From positions 26,228,001 to 26,292,000 of the forward strand of contig NW_024704743.1 in assembly GCF_018977255.1 (NCBI RefSeq): 64,000 bases of DNA, read 5' to 3'. This stretch comes from Callorhinchus milii (lineage: Eukaryota). The position numbers were made by a program, and so were the translations under genes. Of this stretch, positions 13,583 through 25,454 are shown piece by piece (position 1 is the first letter of the stretch; every line of letters begins with the position of its first letter). The notes under the pieces are model-generated. The model searched no databases, was not told where the DNA came from, and saw only the letters and a program-made list of their open reading frames with translations.

Positions 13583-14270
13583 AAACCTTACATTTAATGT
13601 CATCAAGACATCTCAAAGCACTTCACAGGATATACTGTAAAGTGGTGTGACTGTGTATTTTGTGGGTGAATGCAACAGCAAATTTGTACACAAACAGCCA
13701 TGGAGTCAATAACCAATTTATTTGGGAGATTCGTGGCAAGGACACCAAAACAAACTCCTTTCTCTTTTCAAATAGCACCAAGGGATCTTTAACGTTCTGC
13801 TAGACAGCCAGATGGAACCTCGGTTTCACATCTCATCTGGAGCACGGCCCCTCTGACAATGCAGCACCCCCAAAAACAGGGCATGTCCCAGGACGCTGAT
13901 GGTAAATGTCACACTGTCTCAGTTGCCTCTGAGTCTGAAAGTTGTGACTTCAACCTCACTTGGACTAAAGGTCCAGGCTGACACTACATTGTTGACTATA
14001 CCGTCTTTCAGGTGAGATTTTAAACCAAGATTTCATTTACTTTGTAAAGATCCAGTGACAATATTGAAAATGAGAAGGGCGTTTCTCCAGGTGTCCTGGC
14101 CAACAATAATCCAGTTTGTTTGGTCAATCAGCTCATGAATCTTTGAGGGGCCTTGTTGGCATAAATGTTAAAATGTTTTTACCTACAGTCACGATAATTG
14201 AGAGTAATTATCTGTTTGAAGAGCTTCGTGACCCTCTGGTGTCATAAGGCAAAATAAAAATCCAAATTCT
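13583..14270. mobile_element. Two older DeuSINE-like copies in opposite orientation (minus ~13583-13870, plus ~13890-14270)
   Basis: Degenerate motifs resembling shark SacSINE1/AmnSINE1-type elements (GCCTCTGAGTC..AAG.TTGTG; GTCTTTCAG.TGAGA; GTGTCCTGGCCAAC), recognised from memory. Confidence 0.55.
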
Positions 14271-15539
14271 TCCTTTAGGAATCAAGTTTCAAACAACTCT
14301 GTTGTCTCAGACATCCATCTGACCAAAAAATATTAAAACAACTCTGTCTCTTGGGTAGCCTTCCAACAAATGAGTCACATCTGCTACTCCACTTTGCTGT
14401 TTCAAATTTTGAAAAGTGTGATGATAAAAGATACCATAGACCAGGACCACAAGAATTTGGTATTGGAATGAATTTGTGACTTGATCCAAGTTTCAAAACA
14501 ATGGAACCATAAATTCTATATCTTTACTCTGTAATGTAACATAGAGTGTGTGTTGGGGTACGGCTGGAGTCTAATCAGCTAAAACCGCATAGCTTGCTTT
14601 TGATATTGCTGTCCGGCAAGCTTTCCCACTGCATGTCCAGCTAAGACGACTCTACCCATTAGGGCTTTGGCTTGCAGGGTTAACAGGAGCTGAGTCGGAT
14701 GATTCCCTGCCCCCAGTGACTGGTCTGCCCTTCCAGGTCCTGCCGATGAGCCAGGCTGACTGTGCTATAATCAGCAGTGCCTTGGAATACTGCGGACCCG
14801 TCTGGCTCAGGAGTCAGAGAATTGAGACCGCCGCAGAGGCCTGCTTGGTTCCGATATCCCCCCAACCCCCAAGTAAGATAAACATTTACAATCCAGTTTG
14901 TTTTAATTAAGGGTCACGAATGGAATACTTCATAAGAGTCGGTTTATTTTGTCACAAGGTAGAACATAATTTATTCAAGACTTCTATCTCAGTATTGTAT
15001 CTCTAATACAGGGGATCATTTTAATATTCTGTCAACATGATTACATCCTCCATGTATCATCCACCCTGCTCCCCGACTCAGTATCTAGATTTTAGGGAGC
15101 TGCCAAGAGCATCTAAATTGATAGGCTCCTGATCTTCATTATAAGTGTGTGGATGTGACCCCTAGGCAGTATTCCCTTAGAAAATGTATATTATTCACTC
15201 TAAGAGAGAGAAAAAATGTTTCATATCGATACTGATGGAACCCAAAATGATGCCTAAGCCTTCATATTGGGAACATCCCACCTCTAGTGGTGTGACAGAT
15301 TCGCATTCAATTCCTGTGAAGCACTTTGAGATGTCTCAATGATGTGATACAGCATTATATCGATTGCAAGGATTACTAAAATAACCAAACGGCTTTTGTT
15401 TGTATGAGATTGTACATTGAGACTGCCCCATTCCATTGAGTGGTGTGTTCAGGGGACTAAAAACAATTCATTGATAGTGTCATTTGAATGGAGGGAAGTT
15501 TTTAACCACTGGAACATTATCTCTTTTTCCTTAGCCCAC

Positions 15540-15880
15540 TTAGGACTTCATTCTGTAAGCCATAAGCAGTTGCCTGTAACTAGATAATATGGAGAAAAAA
15601 ATGATACTACTAGTTAGCAGACCCAGTCGTGCTCTTATGTGTGTCTGGATTCCGTGTTTTTGTATCTCTTTAATGATAATGTACATGTCTGCCATAAGAT
15701 TAAATGCTTCTGTATATAAGATACATAACTTTAAATCTAAGAAATGGTATGTGTCCAGATGCATAACAATTCTCCAACTACAACCTAGTAATGGAAGTCT
15801 CTTTAGAATCCTCTTTAGATTGTTGATATGCTTTGTTTCGTCCTTTCTGGTTATCAAGATATCATGAATTGGATCACCAA
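15540..15880 (-). mobile_element. Highly degraded Gypsy/Ty3-like pol remnant
   Basis: HDILITRKDETKHINNLKRILKRL resembles Gypsy RT DDILI.G....EHL.NL..VL.RL; nearby QATAYGL..VLS resembles RNase H DAS.YGLGAVL. Confidence 0.4.
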
Positions 15881-18569
15881 GTAACTCAATAAAGCATCAC
15901 TGTATATTGATAAGTCGTGTATGTTGACTGTGCTTAATTTTTTTTGAGTCTTTATGAAGGATTGCAAGCTCACGCTGTGATGTGTCCAGTTGTGCACATT
16001 TGTGTTTGGTGATTAGATAGATCTCATGTTTCAATAGTTAATTTTCAGTTACTTTATAATTTTGATCCAATTTATTCTCGGTAGCAAAAACTCTTCCTGC
16101 TCCTTCAGGAAATAATGCCTGCCAATTTAGTCTGATTACCTATAGTCAATACTAGCTCAGAAAATGTAGTCCTTTACTGCCAAAGCTGATAACAGCCTGT
16201 CTTGATCTTGATATTTTGTCTCTAGTAATCACTCAATCCATGACTGTTTGTAGAAGAATGCTGTGCGTAAATGGCTTCTGCATTTTGCCTACAAAATACA
16301 GTCATTCCATTTTACAGTATATTCTGTGAAGCACTTCAAGACATCTCAACAACGTGATAAGGCGTTACATCAAATGCAAGGATTATTATGGTTACATTCA
16401 TTCATACAGGAACTTGGGATCTTGTGAAACTTTGCAAATTGAGCCCTGTATCGCCAAGTTTTCCCAATGGTTGATAACAGTATACATCTTCATTAAAAAT
16501 ACATATATGATGAAGCTGATATATCCATCTCTGTCATTTCCATTATCATCACATATGGATCCACGTTTTTGCACTGTAGGTGATACATAACATGGGCCAT
16601 GTCACTACCATCCCCCCCACTTTCCAGGAAGTAAGCTTCCCAAATGTGTTCATTTACCCTAAATTGTGGGTGTACAATAGACTTTATTATACCTCTTCCT
16701 AGATCCTTAGGCCAAGTACCGTCCCTTGTATTGGATTTCAAATATTTTACAATTTTGGTGGTGTGACTTCCTTAGTTTTGGACAACAAAAAAGTTGTCAA
16801 TCTAAAGTTTTGTATTCAGAAGTCGGACCTTTATTTTGTCAACTGTCTGCACAAATCACCAACATTAACTATCAATTTCATTACTGTAGATTGTTCATCT
16901 ACTCCTTCCATTGTCACATCAAGTTATGCAAGCTAAGATCAGTGAACTCAGCAGTACCTACCTCACACCTTTGCCACATTCTACTGTGAAATTTATAACA
17001 CTGAATATAGATTTAAAATCATTAGCTAGTTACTTAAAAGTTAGTTTTGCATGGCTGCATTAAACTGTGCTACCAGAAACACAAATTTCATAAAATGCTG
17101 CTATGTTTAGCTTATTATTGTCTCAGTCGGAAACAGAATGTTGTGAACCTATCAACCCCATCCTCGTTCGGCACCGTTCCTTAAGAGGATAGAGTTCAAA
17201 ACCCTTGTCTTTGCCTTCAAGACCCTCCACGACCTTGCTCTTCCCTACCTCTGTGACGTCCTAACTCCACATTGACCTGTCCGTTCCCTCCGCTCAGCGG
17301 GCACCAGTCTGCTTCATGTCCCCCGCCCGGCCCGCCCCATCATCGTCAGCTTTTCTGCCCCCACCCTTTCGAATGTCATTTCCGCAATCAATGCAGGAGG
17401 TGATTGTGGGAGAGATGGAGGATAGGAGAGCGGCGTTACGAGTTAGTAGTCGATTAATACAACTAGTGCAAATAAATCCAAGTAGTTTTGATAAGAACGT
17501 AAATGGGACTGTATGTACGAGTTACGCGATATTTGAGTTTTACAGTACTGACTTCAAGTGAAATGTTTGACAACTTGCCATAAAGTACAAAAGAGAAGCA
17601 CACAAGTGTTAAGTGCTGTTACCCAAGCCGTACCAATAATCTTTGCTTCCAGACACTGAATCTTCCAAACAGAGCATCAGAAATAAATAGCCTGTGCAGG
17701 AGATCCTCTCAGTAGGTTAAATAACAACATTATTTTTGGTAATGTATGGATAACAAAAATGCACTATTGGAACATATTCCACAAGTTATCTATATACAGA
17801 TGTTCATCAACCCAGAATGTCAATGATAAGCTTCAGACACCTATTTCTCTTACCTCTGAGACCTCACACCCATAGTGTTGACACCTGAAACACAGCCTCT
17901 TTCATGCACAAAACTGGTTTATCCCTTTCTGAAGCAGAGATTGATTTAATTATGGGAAATCCACCACTTGATCAGCAGCATTCTTTGTACATTTCTTTCA
18001 AGTTTGTGATCACATAGCCACAAGGATCAGTTTTGTGTCATGCCCATATATGTTACAGATATTCCTGGATATATCTAGAGTTATGCTACCCACTATACAA
18101 AACAGCACAACAACAATTACTTTGTCTGCCCTTTCCAAATACGGTAATAATCTGGGGTCTAATTACACTTCAATTGTTGGACCACATTTTTCTTTCATTC
18201 TGAACAGGAAATATCTCATATTCCTGACGATTAATCCTTTAACATGATTATCTTTTAAGTATAACAAGAGATTAAATAAAATAGACATTGTCATTTTTGT
18301 AGAATGATTCCTTGATGGTGTGAAATATGAGCAAGTTCCAACCTGCAATTTAGTACTGTAGCCAAGATCCTGTACGTAATAATCAATCCACAATGAAACC
18401 ACCCATTATTAGACATTAGTTAAGCCTGGCAATTCAGTGACTGAAAAGGGAGGTACTGAGATATGGAAAACCTCATTTAAGGAACAAGTTCAATATTTAC
18501 ATTGCTATGTATTAATCATTGGAAATTAATGATCCACAACCTTTTATGACAATTATGAGCCCTTAAATT

Positions 18570-18884
18570 AATAATAATAATCCTTGCATTTGATATTGCA
18601 TTTTTTGGGAGAAATGAGGCAGCCATTTGCGCACAGCGGTGTCCCAGAACAGTCGTGGATTGAGTGGCCAAATGATTATTATTATTTTTGTTATTTTATT
18701 TGGAGGGATTATTACCCCCAGAAAAGGGATCCGACAATTGACTAACAACCAGGTTCCTGCTTACTGCTAGGTAAACAGAGGCATGTGGAGTAAGGAAACT
18801 TGCCCAACGTTTCGCCCTGCTGGGAATCGACCCAGAGCTCTCGCTTTCAAGGCGAGTGCTCTCACCATTAAGTTACAGGACTCC
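18570..18884 (-). mobile_element. tRNA-derived Deu-domain SINE with internal deletion
   Basis: Head GGAGTCCTGTAACTTAATGG..GGGTCGATTCC on minus; core and (ATT)n tail. Confidence 0.88.
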
Positions 18885-20448
18885 ACGATGAACATGTGAG
18901 AAAATTTGTAACCTGCATTAAAAGGGAATTGGGTAAACATTTGAAAGAAAATACAACAGGGAAAGAGTGGGGAAATGGGATTTCTGTACATAGCCCCAGT
19001 GGGGGTGCAGCTAGCCCTAGCATAGAACAGACACAACATATTGTGATGCTGAATCAGAAATCTTGCATGTATCTTTCAAGTCATCTCAAAGCGCTTTACA
19101 GAGAATATCTGCTCAAACAGGGGGTGAAATGCGGGGGGGGGATAGGTGACAGAAGGCATAGTCAGAGAGGTGCGTTTCTGAAAAGATTCTGAAAGTGGAA
19201 AGGGAGAGTGCAAGGCAAAAGGATTAGGGAGAGAGAGAGTGAGGGTAATGTGGTTGAATGCTTACCCATTCACTGAGTCTAATAATAAAGGAAAACATAT
19301 TAAATATTTATTATTCTAATATTAACCCTTAAGGCGTTCGCCCACAAATATACAGTCAATTCACTTTACAGTATATTCTGTGAAGCGCTTTGGGACGTCC
19401 TCCCGACGTGAAAAGCGCTATATCAAATGCAAGGATTATTATTATTATTATTAAGGTTACTGAGTATCCTCCTGGTGGAGTGCAGGAGGTAAGTAGGGTT
19501 TACTTGGAGCTAAACTGGCTGGTGTCATGGATCTACAACATCATAATAATAATAATAACATCTACCTGAAATACAGTTTTCAGTTTAATGTCTAATGTCT
19601 GATCCAAATGATGATATCTCTGACAATTGTCCCCAGCAATGCAATAGTTTTAGCCTAGACTAAGAGCTCAAGTTCTGCGGTTGGGCTTTCAGCTGCAACT
19701 TTCTGACTGAGAGGTGAGTGTGATCAATTAAGCCAAATCTGTCAAATCTGAGAAAAGAGCCCATCTCGGCTAACTGTACACTAATTCAAGTGTCTTTGAC
19801 AATGAGCTGCGAACAGGATATTGCCTACCTGCAATACAAGATGCATTCAACAGAGCGAACAGGAAATTGGTAGAAAATGGAAGGATCTTAAATCAAGGGA
19901 AAACATTTAACAGGATCAAAGCCATGATAGACCAGTTCTGGAACACATCTGAGTTCCAAATCAACATGGTTTATGGATAGCTTTCATCAGGGAAAAAAAC
20001 ACAATGGACGCGTACAGTGCAATGAATACATTTCAAAAGCATAACAACGAAACAATGCGATTTGTGTTAGTAAGAGTGACATGGAGACATTTTGCAACGG
20101 AACAATGCCATTTGAGTCTCATTGCAGGCTTCTCAATATCACTAGTATGACGTACAGAGGAGCTTACTGTTCAACCTCTGAATTATCTGTCCTCTCATCT
20201 GTTAAATTGAATTGCTGTCAATCTGGAATCTATTTTTTTTAACCTGTTGCTTCAGTTCATATGAAATCCAACTAAACGACAGTGCAAAAGTTCTATTAAT
20301 GGAGCTGCTGCATTTTCAGTACTATTACTATTCAGCACTTTCACAAATAATTTAAATAAAAACATTTACTGCAATAGGATTCCAGACATTTAATCCTACC
20401 GTTAAATCACTCAGTAAATAAACAATTCAAACCTTCTTGGTAATCAAA

Positions 20449-20973
20449 TAATAATCCTTGCATTTGATATAGCGCCTTATCACGTCTTCGAGACATTTCA
20501 AAGGGCTTCACAGGATATACTGTAAAGTGAATTGACTGTATATTTTGTGGGCGAAACACGGCAGCCAATTGCCCCACAAACAGTCGTGGATTGAATCATA
20601 GAATCACAGAATTATACAGCACAGAAGGAGGACGTTCAGCCCATCGTGTCTGTGACGGCTCTTTGAAAAGAGCTATCCAAATCAATCCCATGCTCTCTCC
20701 CTGCACCCCTGCTATTGATATTGAGAAGCCTGTAATGTGACTCAAGTGGCATTGTCCTCCCCAAATAATTATGAAGTAACTAATTTTTTTTTAAGGAATT
20801 ATTATCCCCGGAAAAGTAATGCACCAGTCGACTAACAACCGGGTTCCTACTTACTGTTAGGTAAACAGGCGTGTGGAGTAAGGAAACTTGTCCAACATTT
20901 CACCCTGCTGGGAATCGAACCCAGGTCTCTCGCTTGTGAGGCAAGTGCTCTAACCACTGAGCTACAGGACTCC
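20449..20973 (-). mobile_element. tRNA-derived Deu-domain SINE interrupted by a CR1-like 3' end (~20595-20710)
   Basis: Head GGAGTCCTGTAGCTCAGTGGTTAGAGC..GGTTCGATTCC; insert begins with ATCATAGAATCACAGAAT, the reverse of a CR1-type (ATTCTRTG)n tail. Confidence 0.85.
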
Positions 20974-21279
20974 AGAATAAAGCAGAATAATTGTTGGAAA
21001 ACTAAGATATGTAACAATCAAACACTTTGTTTTAACCTAATGTTGTCTGTAGATATGATTTATATTGAAAGTATTAAAAAAATTAGCACTCTTTCTCCCA
21101 CAGGTATAACAACAATTCATACATTGGAACAACATTGTATAGTACCAAACTAAATGACATAAGTTTGATTTCCCACACAAATGACTATCTCATTCTAGTT
21201 GAGTTTTTGGGAACTACTGAGCAGTAATGGGGAGGAAAGATTAACAAAAAACATTCCCTTGTATTGTTGAGGTTAACTC

Positions 21280-21375
21280 CTAATTATTGGATCAGAAAGA
21301 CCACGGTTACATGTGATCCAAGACTAGAGGGTCTTGGATCACATGTAACCCTGGCCTTTCTGATCCAATAACTAG
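21280..21375. other. Near-perfect inverted repeat (45-bp arms, 6-nt loop)
   Basis: TTATTGGATCAGAAAGACCACGGTTACATGTGATCCAAGAC-tagagg-GTCTTGGATCACATGTAACCCTGGCCTTTCTGATCCAATAA. Confidence 0.95.
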
Positions 21376-22034
21376 AAAGGTAAGTGAAAAATAAACTCCA
21401 TGCTTATCAACAGCCCATGTCTTAAGCAATGAAAAGCAAAACTTTCGCTATCCTAATAATCTTGCAATGGTTTTTTCCTCTATGGATGGCATTGTCATTC
21501 TTATGGTTCCTAATTTTTTTTGTAAGCTTTTAGGCCTATTTCCATATAATAATAATTCCTGTATTTCATATAGTGCCTTATCACATTGTTGAGACATATT
21601 GGACATTCTAGTGAAAACAACAGAGATCCTGTCAGCTAGGTTTAGAAATGCTGACAAACTTTGTAATAATGTAGACTTGATTTTGCACTGATTTTTATCT
21701 ACATTAAACCTTTGATCTAATGTGCTTTTCCTCCTTATATTTCTTTGTCATTGTGACTGCATTGCAGTCAATTATATTCATGCTTCATGTTCATCGCTTT
21801 GCATTGGGCTGTGAACTCGAATTGTCTGCACAATCGAAACAACAGCCAGTGATGGTAAACCAGAACTAAATAATGGCTTTACGCTGCCAAATTAAACAAG
21901 TTGTTTGGTCTGTCCAAGGTCATTCACACAATTGGCTCAGCAACAATAAACAGCCCTCATGTGCAAGTGCTACATAAAGACAGTTTCATACTCTACAAAC
22001 AATGTATTACTAACAGTTAGTACAACAGAAAAAT

Positions 22035-22190
22035 AACTATGTGGAACAGGCTCCATCGGGGAACAGTTGAAGCAGGAAGTGTTGTTTCTTTCAAACACAG
22101 ATTAGATAGTTTTCTTTTAGGCAATAACATCATGGGATATAGTAATATAGTATATAGGCAGTTCGGGACATATGCGCACGTGACCCCCAG
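22035..22190 (+). mobile_element. CR1-like LINE 3' fragment
   Basis: WNRL..TVEAGSVVSFKHRLDSFL, typical CR1 ORF2 C-terminus. Confidence 0.7.
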
Positions 22191-22195
22191 GAAGA

Positions 22196-22524
22196 TAATA
22201 ATAATAATAAATAATAATCCTTGCATTTGATATAGCGCTTTTCATGTCTTCTCGACATCTCAAAGCGCTTCACAGAATAGACTGTAAAGTGAATTGACCG
22301 TATATTTGTGGGCAAAACGCAGCAGCCAATTGCGCACAGCAGTGTCCCACAAACAGTCATGGATTGAAAATGACCAATTTTTATTACTGTTTTGTTTTTT
22401 GGAGGGATTATTATTCGGCGTGTGGAGTAAGGAAACTTGCCCAAGGTTTCGCCCTCTGCCTGGAATTCAACCCAGGTGTCTCGCTTGCAAGGCGAGTGGT
22501 CTAACCACTGAGCTACAGGACTCC
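22196..22524 (-). mobile_element. tRNA-derived Deu-domain SINE, short variant
   Basis: A/B-box head, Deu core, (ATT)n tail. Confidence 0.88.
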
Positions 22525-22757
22525 AAGATGGAAGGCGAACTAGACGGATCTTGGTCTTTCTTCGTCTGGCATTTCTTATGTTCTTACGTTCTTAAACATT
22601 GTGATCATGTCAGGCAATATTTTTAAAAGAAAGATAGGTTAACATTTTGAATGTGGCACACTTAATCAAATCAGGCTGCGGAGATAATTAACATAGTTTT
22701 CTCTTTCACGACTGCTAAACATTTCCATCCTTTTCTGTAACATTTCCTAATTTTTAC

Positions 22758-22936
22758 CTTGCAAAGTGTGCATATCAGCATCAGGAATATTTTTGGCAGA
22801 ACCTGTGATGACACACGGTTTATTCAGGTCCCAGTTACACTTTGAAATGAGGTTCAGCACAGCTTCATCGTCCGCATCAAGTGCTGAACATTTCTTTGCC
22901 AACGAGCTTACAAAAGCTGCTCTTGGGTGGCCTTGC
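22758..22936 (-). CDS. CEP72: CEP72 coding exon 5 (RQGHPRAAFVSSLAKKCSALDADDEAVLNLISKCNWDLNKPCVITGSAKNIPDADMHTLQ)
   Basis: Acceptor tttgattgtag|, donor AAG|gtaaaa, 179 nt, phase 2 to 1; HPRA and DADDEAVLNLI..C.WDL are CEP72-characteristic. Confidence 0.95.
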
Positions 22937-24427
22937 CTACAATCAAACAAAAAGAACAAATTGTTAGAAAAAATTGCAATGTGCCGAAAAACCTAATTAT
23001 ATGCAATTTTATCATGGCAGACAGCACAAAAGCATTTTAATAATAATAATCCTTGCATTTGATATAGCGCCTTATCACGTCTTCAAGACGTCTTAAAGCG
23101 GTTCACAGAATATACTGTAAACTGAATTGACTGTATATTTTGTGGGTGAACCGCAGCAGCCAATTGTGCAGTGTCCCACAAACAGTCGTGGATTGAAGTG
23201 ACCAATTTACTATTTTATGACTATTTTGCTTTAGTAATGTGTTTTGTTTTTCCTCTCTTCTTTCCTAAAAGTGCTCTCTCATGCTTAAGTATGGTTTTAC
23301 AAATTCCAGCATATTGATCTTGGAACCATTCTTGATGTGCGAGCCTAGATAATAAAGGTGAGCAGACTTTTGCAACTGTGACTTCCATCACAGCAAAGCC
23401 TGATCAAGGCTAGACACTTTCATTGTGCTTTCTTAATATCTGCAATTTGCCATATACTATCTTGACTTCCAAAAGGTGTTTCACAAAGTACTTTCTAAAA
23501 GACTCCTTCACAAACTGTGGTCACAAGGTATCAAGGACAAGACATGGATTCAGAATTGGTTGAAGGGAAGGAAGCAGAGGCCTTTTGTTAGGAAAGCTGG
23601 GTGAAAATGGGGGTAGGTATTAAGCAGGGTGGCACAGAGATCTGTACTGGGACCTTCCTGGTTCCTTGTATATACAGTATTAATTACCTGATCCAGTGTA
23701 AGATAATAATAATCCTTGCACTTGATTTAGTGCCGTATCAAGTTGTTGAGACGTCTCAAAGCTCTTCAAAGAACGTACTGTAAAGTGGATCGACTGTGTA
23801 TCTGAATGAGCTACGAGCAACAGTTAAACAAGCTAGCACTCTTTCATCTTGAGAGAAGGTGATTCTGAGAGGACCTGATAGAGGTGTACAAAATTTGAAA
23901 TGCGATCTAAACAAATCAATACTTTAAGATTTACCAAGACAATAGGAGACGAGGATGTAGTTTTAGAGTTGTAAGGGCAGAAAGCAGGTTGTTTTTCTTT
24001 ACTGAGAGAGTGATCAACAACTGGAACTGGCTGCCAGGAAAGGTGGTTAAAGCTAGGATGCTGGACTAATTTAAAAAATAGCTTAATGATGGTGGGATGG
24101 TAGGTGCATGTTCTGAAAGGATGAGTGAGTCGTACGTCCTTCTTCATCCAATTTCCATCTGAAATTCAAGACCGTCTCAAAACCTACCCTCTCCCCCGGG
24201 TAATAGTCATCTCCGCTCCCTCAAATCCCAAACCCGGTTGCTCGAGCGCAGATGGCACAAAACCGTCCTCACGGTTCACCGGCAGCTGTGGCTCAAGCAT
24301 CTTTAAACCCACCGCTGTTCTCTCTCACAAGCCAAAACTGCATCCTACTCACGGGTCAATCTAGAGGCCAAAAACAGCTCCGAAATCCTATTCTCCACCA
24401 CCCACCACCTCCCGCTCTCGCCCCATC

Positions 24428-25135
24428 AAGCAACAACAACAGTTACACTTGTATAGCACCTTCCACGTCGGGAGGATGTCCCAAGGCGCTGGACAATCAG
24501 TGTTTTGGACCTGAGCTGGGGGTCAGGATCGAGGAGGGTGGAGAGTGGGGGGGAAGGAGGGTGATCGAAGGCACGGTTGAAGAGGAGGGTCTTGAGACAG
24601 ATCTTGAAGGAGGCGAGCTGGAGGGACTGCGGGGTGGGGTTCCAGAGGGTGGGGACAGTGTGGCTGAAGGCCAGCCCGCCAATGGTGGGGCAGGCGAGGC
24701 GAGGGACTTGAAGCAGGCCGGAGCCCACTGAACGTAGGGAGCAGGCAGGTTGGCAGGCGGTTAGGAGGTTGCAGCAATAGGAGTAAGGCCACGGAGGGCT
24801 TTGAAGATGAAGTCCAGGATCTTGAACTGTATCCTCTGTGTGATGGGAAGCCAGTGGAGTCGGGCGAGGATGGGGGTAAGTCACGGAGCCTGGTGTGGGA
24901 GAGGACACAGGCTGCAGAGTTCTGGATGATCTGCAGCCTGTGAAGGGAGGAGTTGGGGAGGCTGACAAGCAGGGAGTTTGCATATTTAAGCCTGGATGTT
25001 ATGAAAGTGTCTATAAAAGTCTCGGTGGCCTACGGTGTGAGACAGTTGTGGAGCCGGGCGATGTTGCGGAGGTGGGAGAAGGGAAAGCGGGCCATGGCGC
25101 GGATATGGGGTAGAAAGGATAGTTGAGGGTCAAAC
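24428..25135 (-). mobile_element. L2-clade LINE 3' fragment (degraded ORF2 C-terminus)
   Basis: PTIGGLAFSHTVPTLWN..FKICLKTLLFNRAF; (CAA)n tail on plus. Confidence 0.88.
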
Positions 25136-25139
25136 AAGA

Positions 25140-25450
25140 CAACAACAACAACAAAGTTACATTGGGACGTCCTCCCGACGTGAAAAGCGCTATATCAAAT
25201 GCAAGGATTATTATTATTATTATTATTATTACATTTATAGAGCGACTTTCACGTCGGGAGGACGTCCCAAAGCGCTGAACAGCCAGGTGTTGGGACCCGA
25301 GCAGGGGGAGGGGTGGTGTAGGGGTGAGGGAAGGCAGAGAGGTGGGAGGGAGATCAAAGGCACGGTCGAAAAGAAAGGTCTTGAGACCAACCTTGAAGGA
25401 GGCAAGGGAGGAAACGAAGCGAAGAGACCGTGGGATGGAGTTCCAGAGTA
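25140..25450 (-). mobile_element. L2 3' end with nested opposite-strand SINE-type tail
   Basis: LWNSIPRSLRFVSSLASFKVGLKTFLFDRAF; insert at ~25164-25230. Confidence 0.85.
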
Positions 25451-25454
25451 GGGC

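Noticed and set aside
18300..18372. CSYFTPSR peptide resembling CEP72 TYFTPHP
   Set aside because: No GT donor after the motif and a weak acceptor; probably chance.
20900..20973. tRNA genes at SINE heads
   Set aside because: The tRNA-like A/B-box heads run directly into the Deu core and LINE-type tail, so they are SINEs, not tRNA genes.
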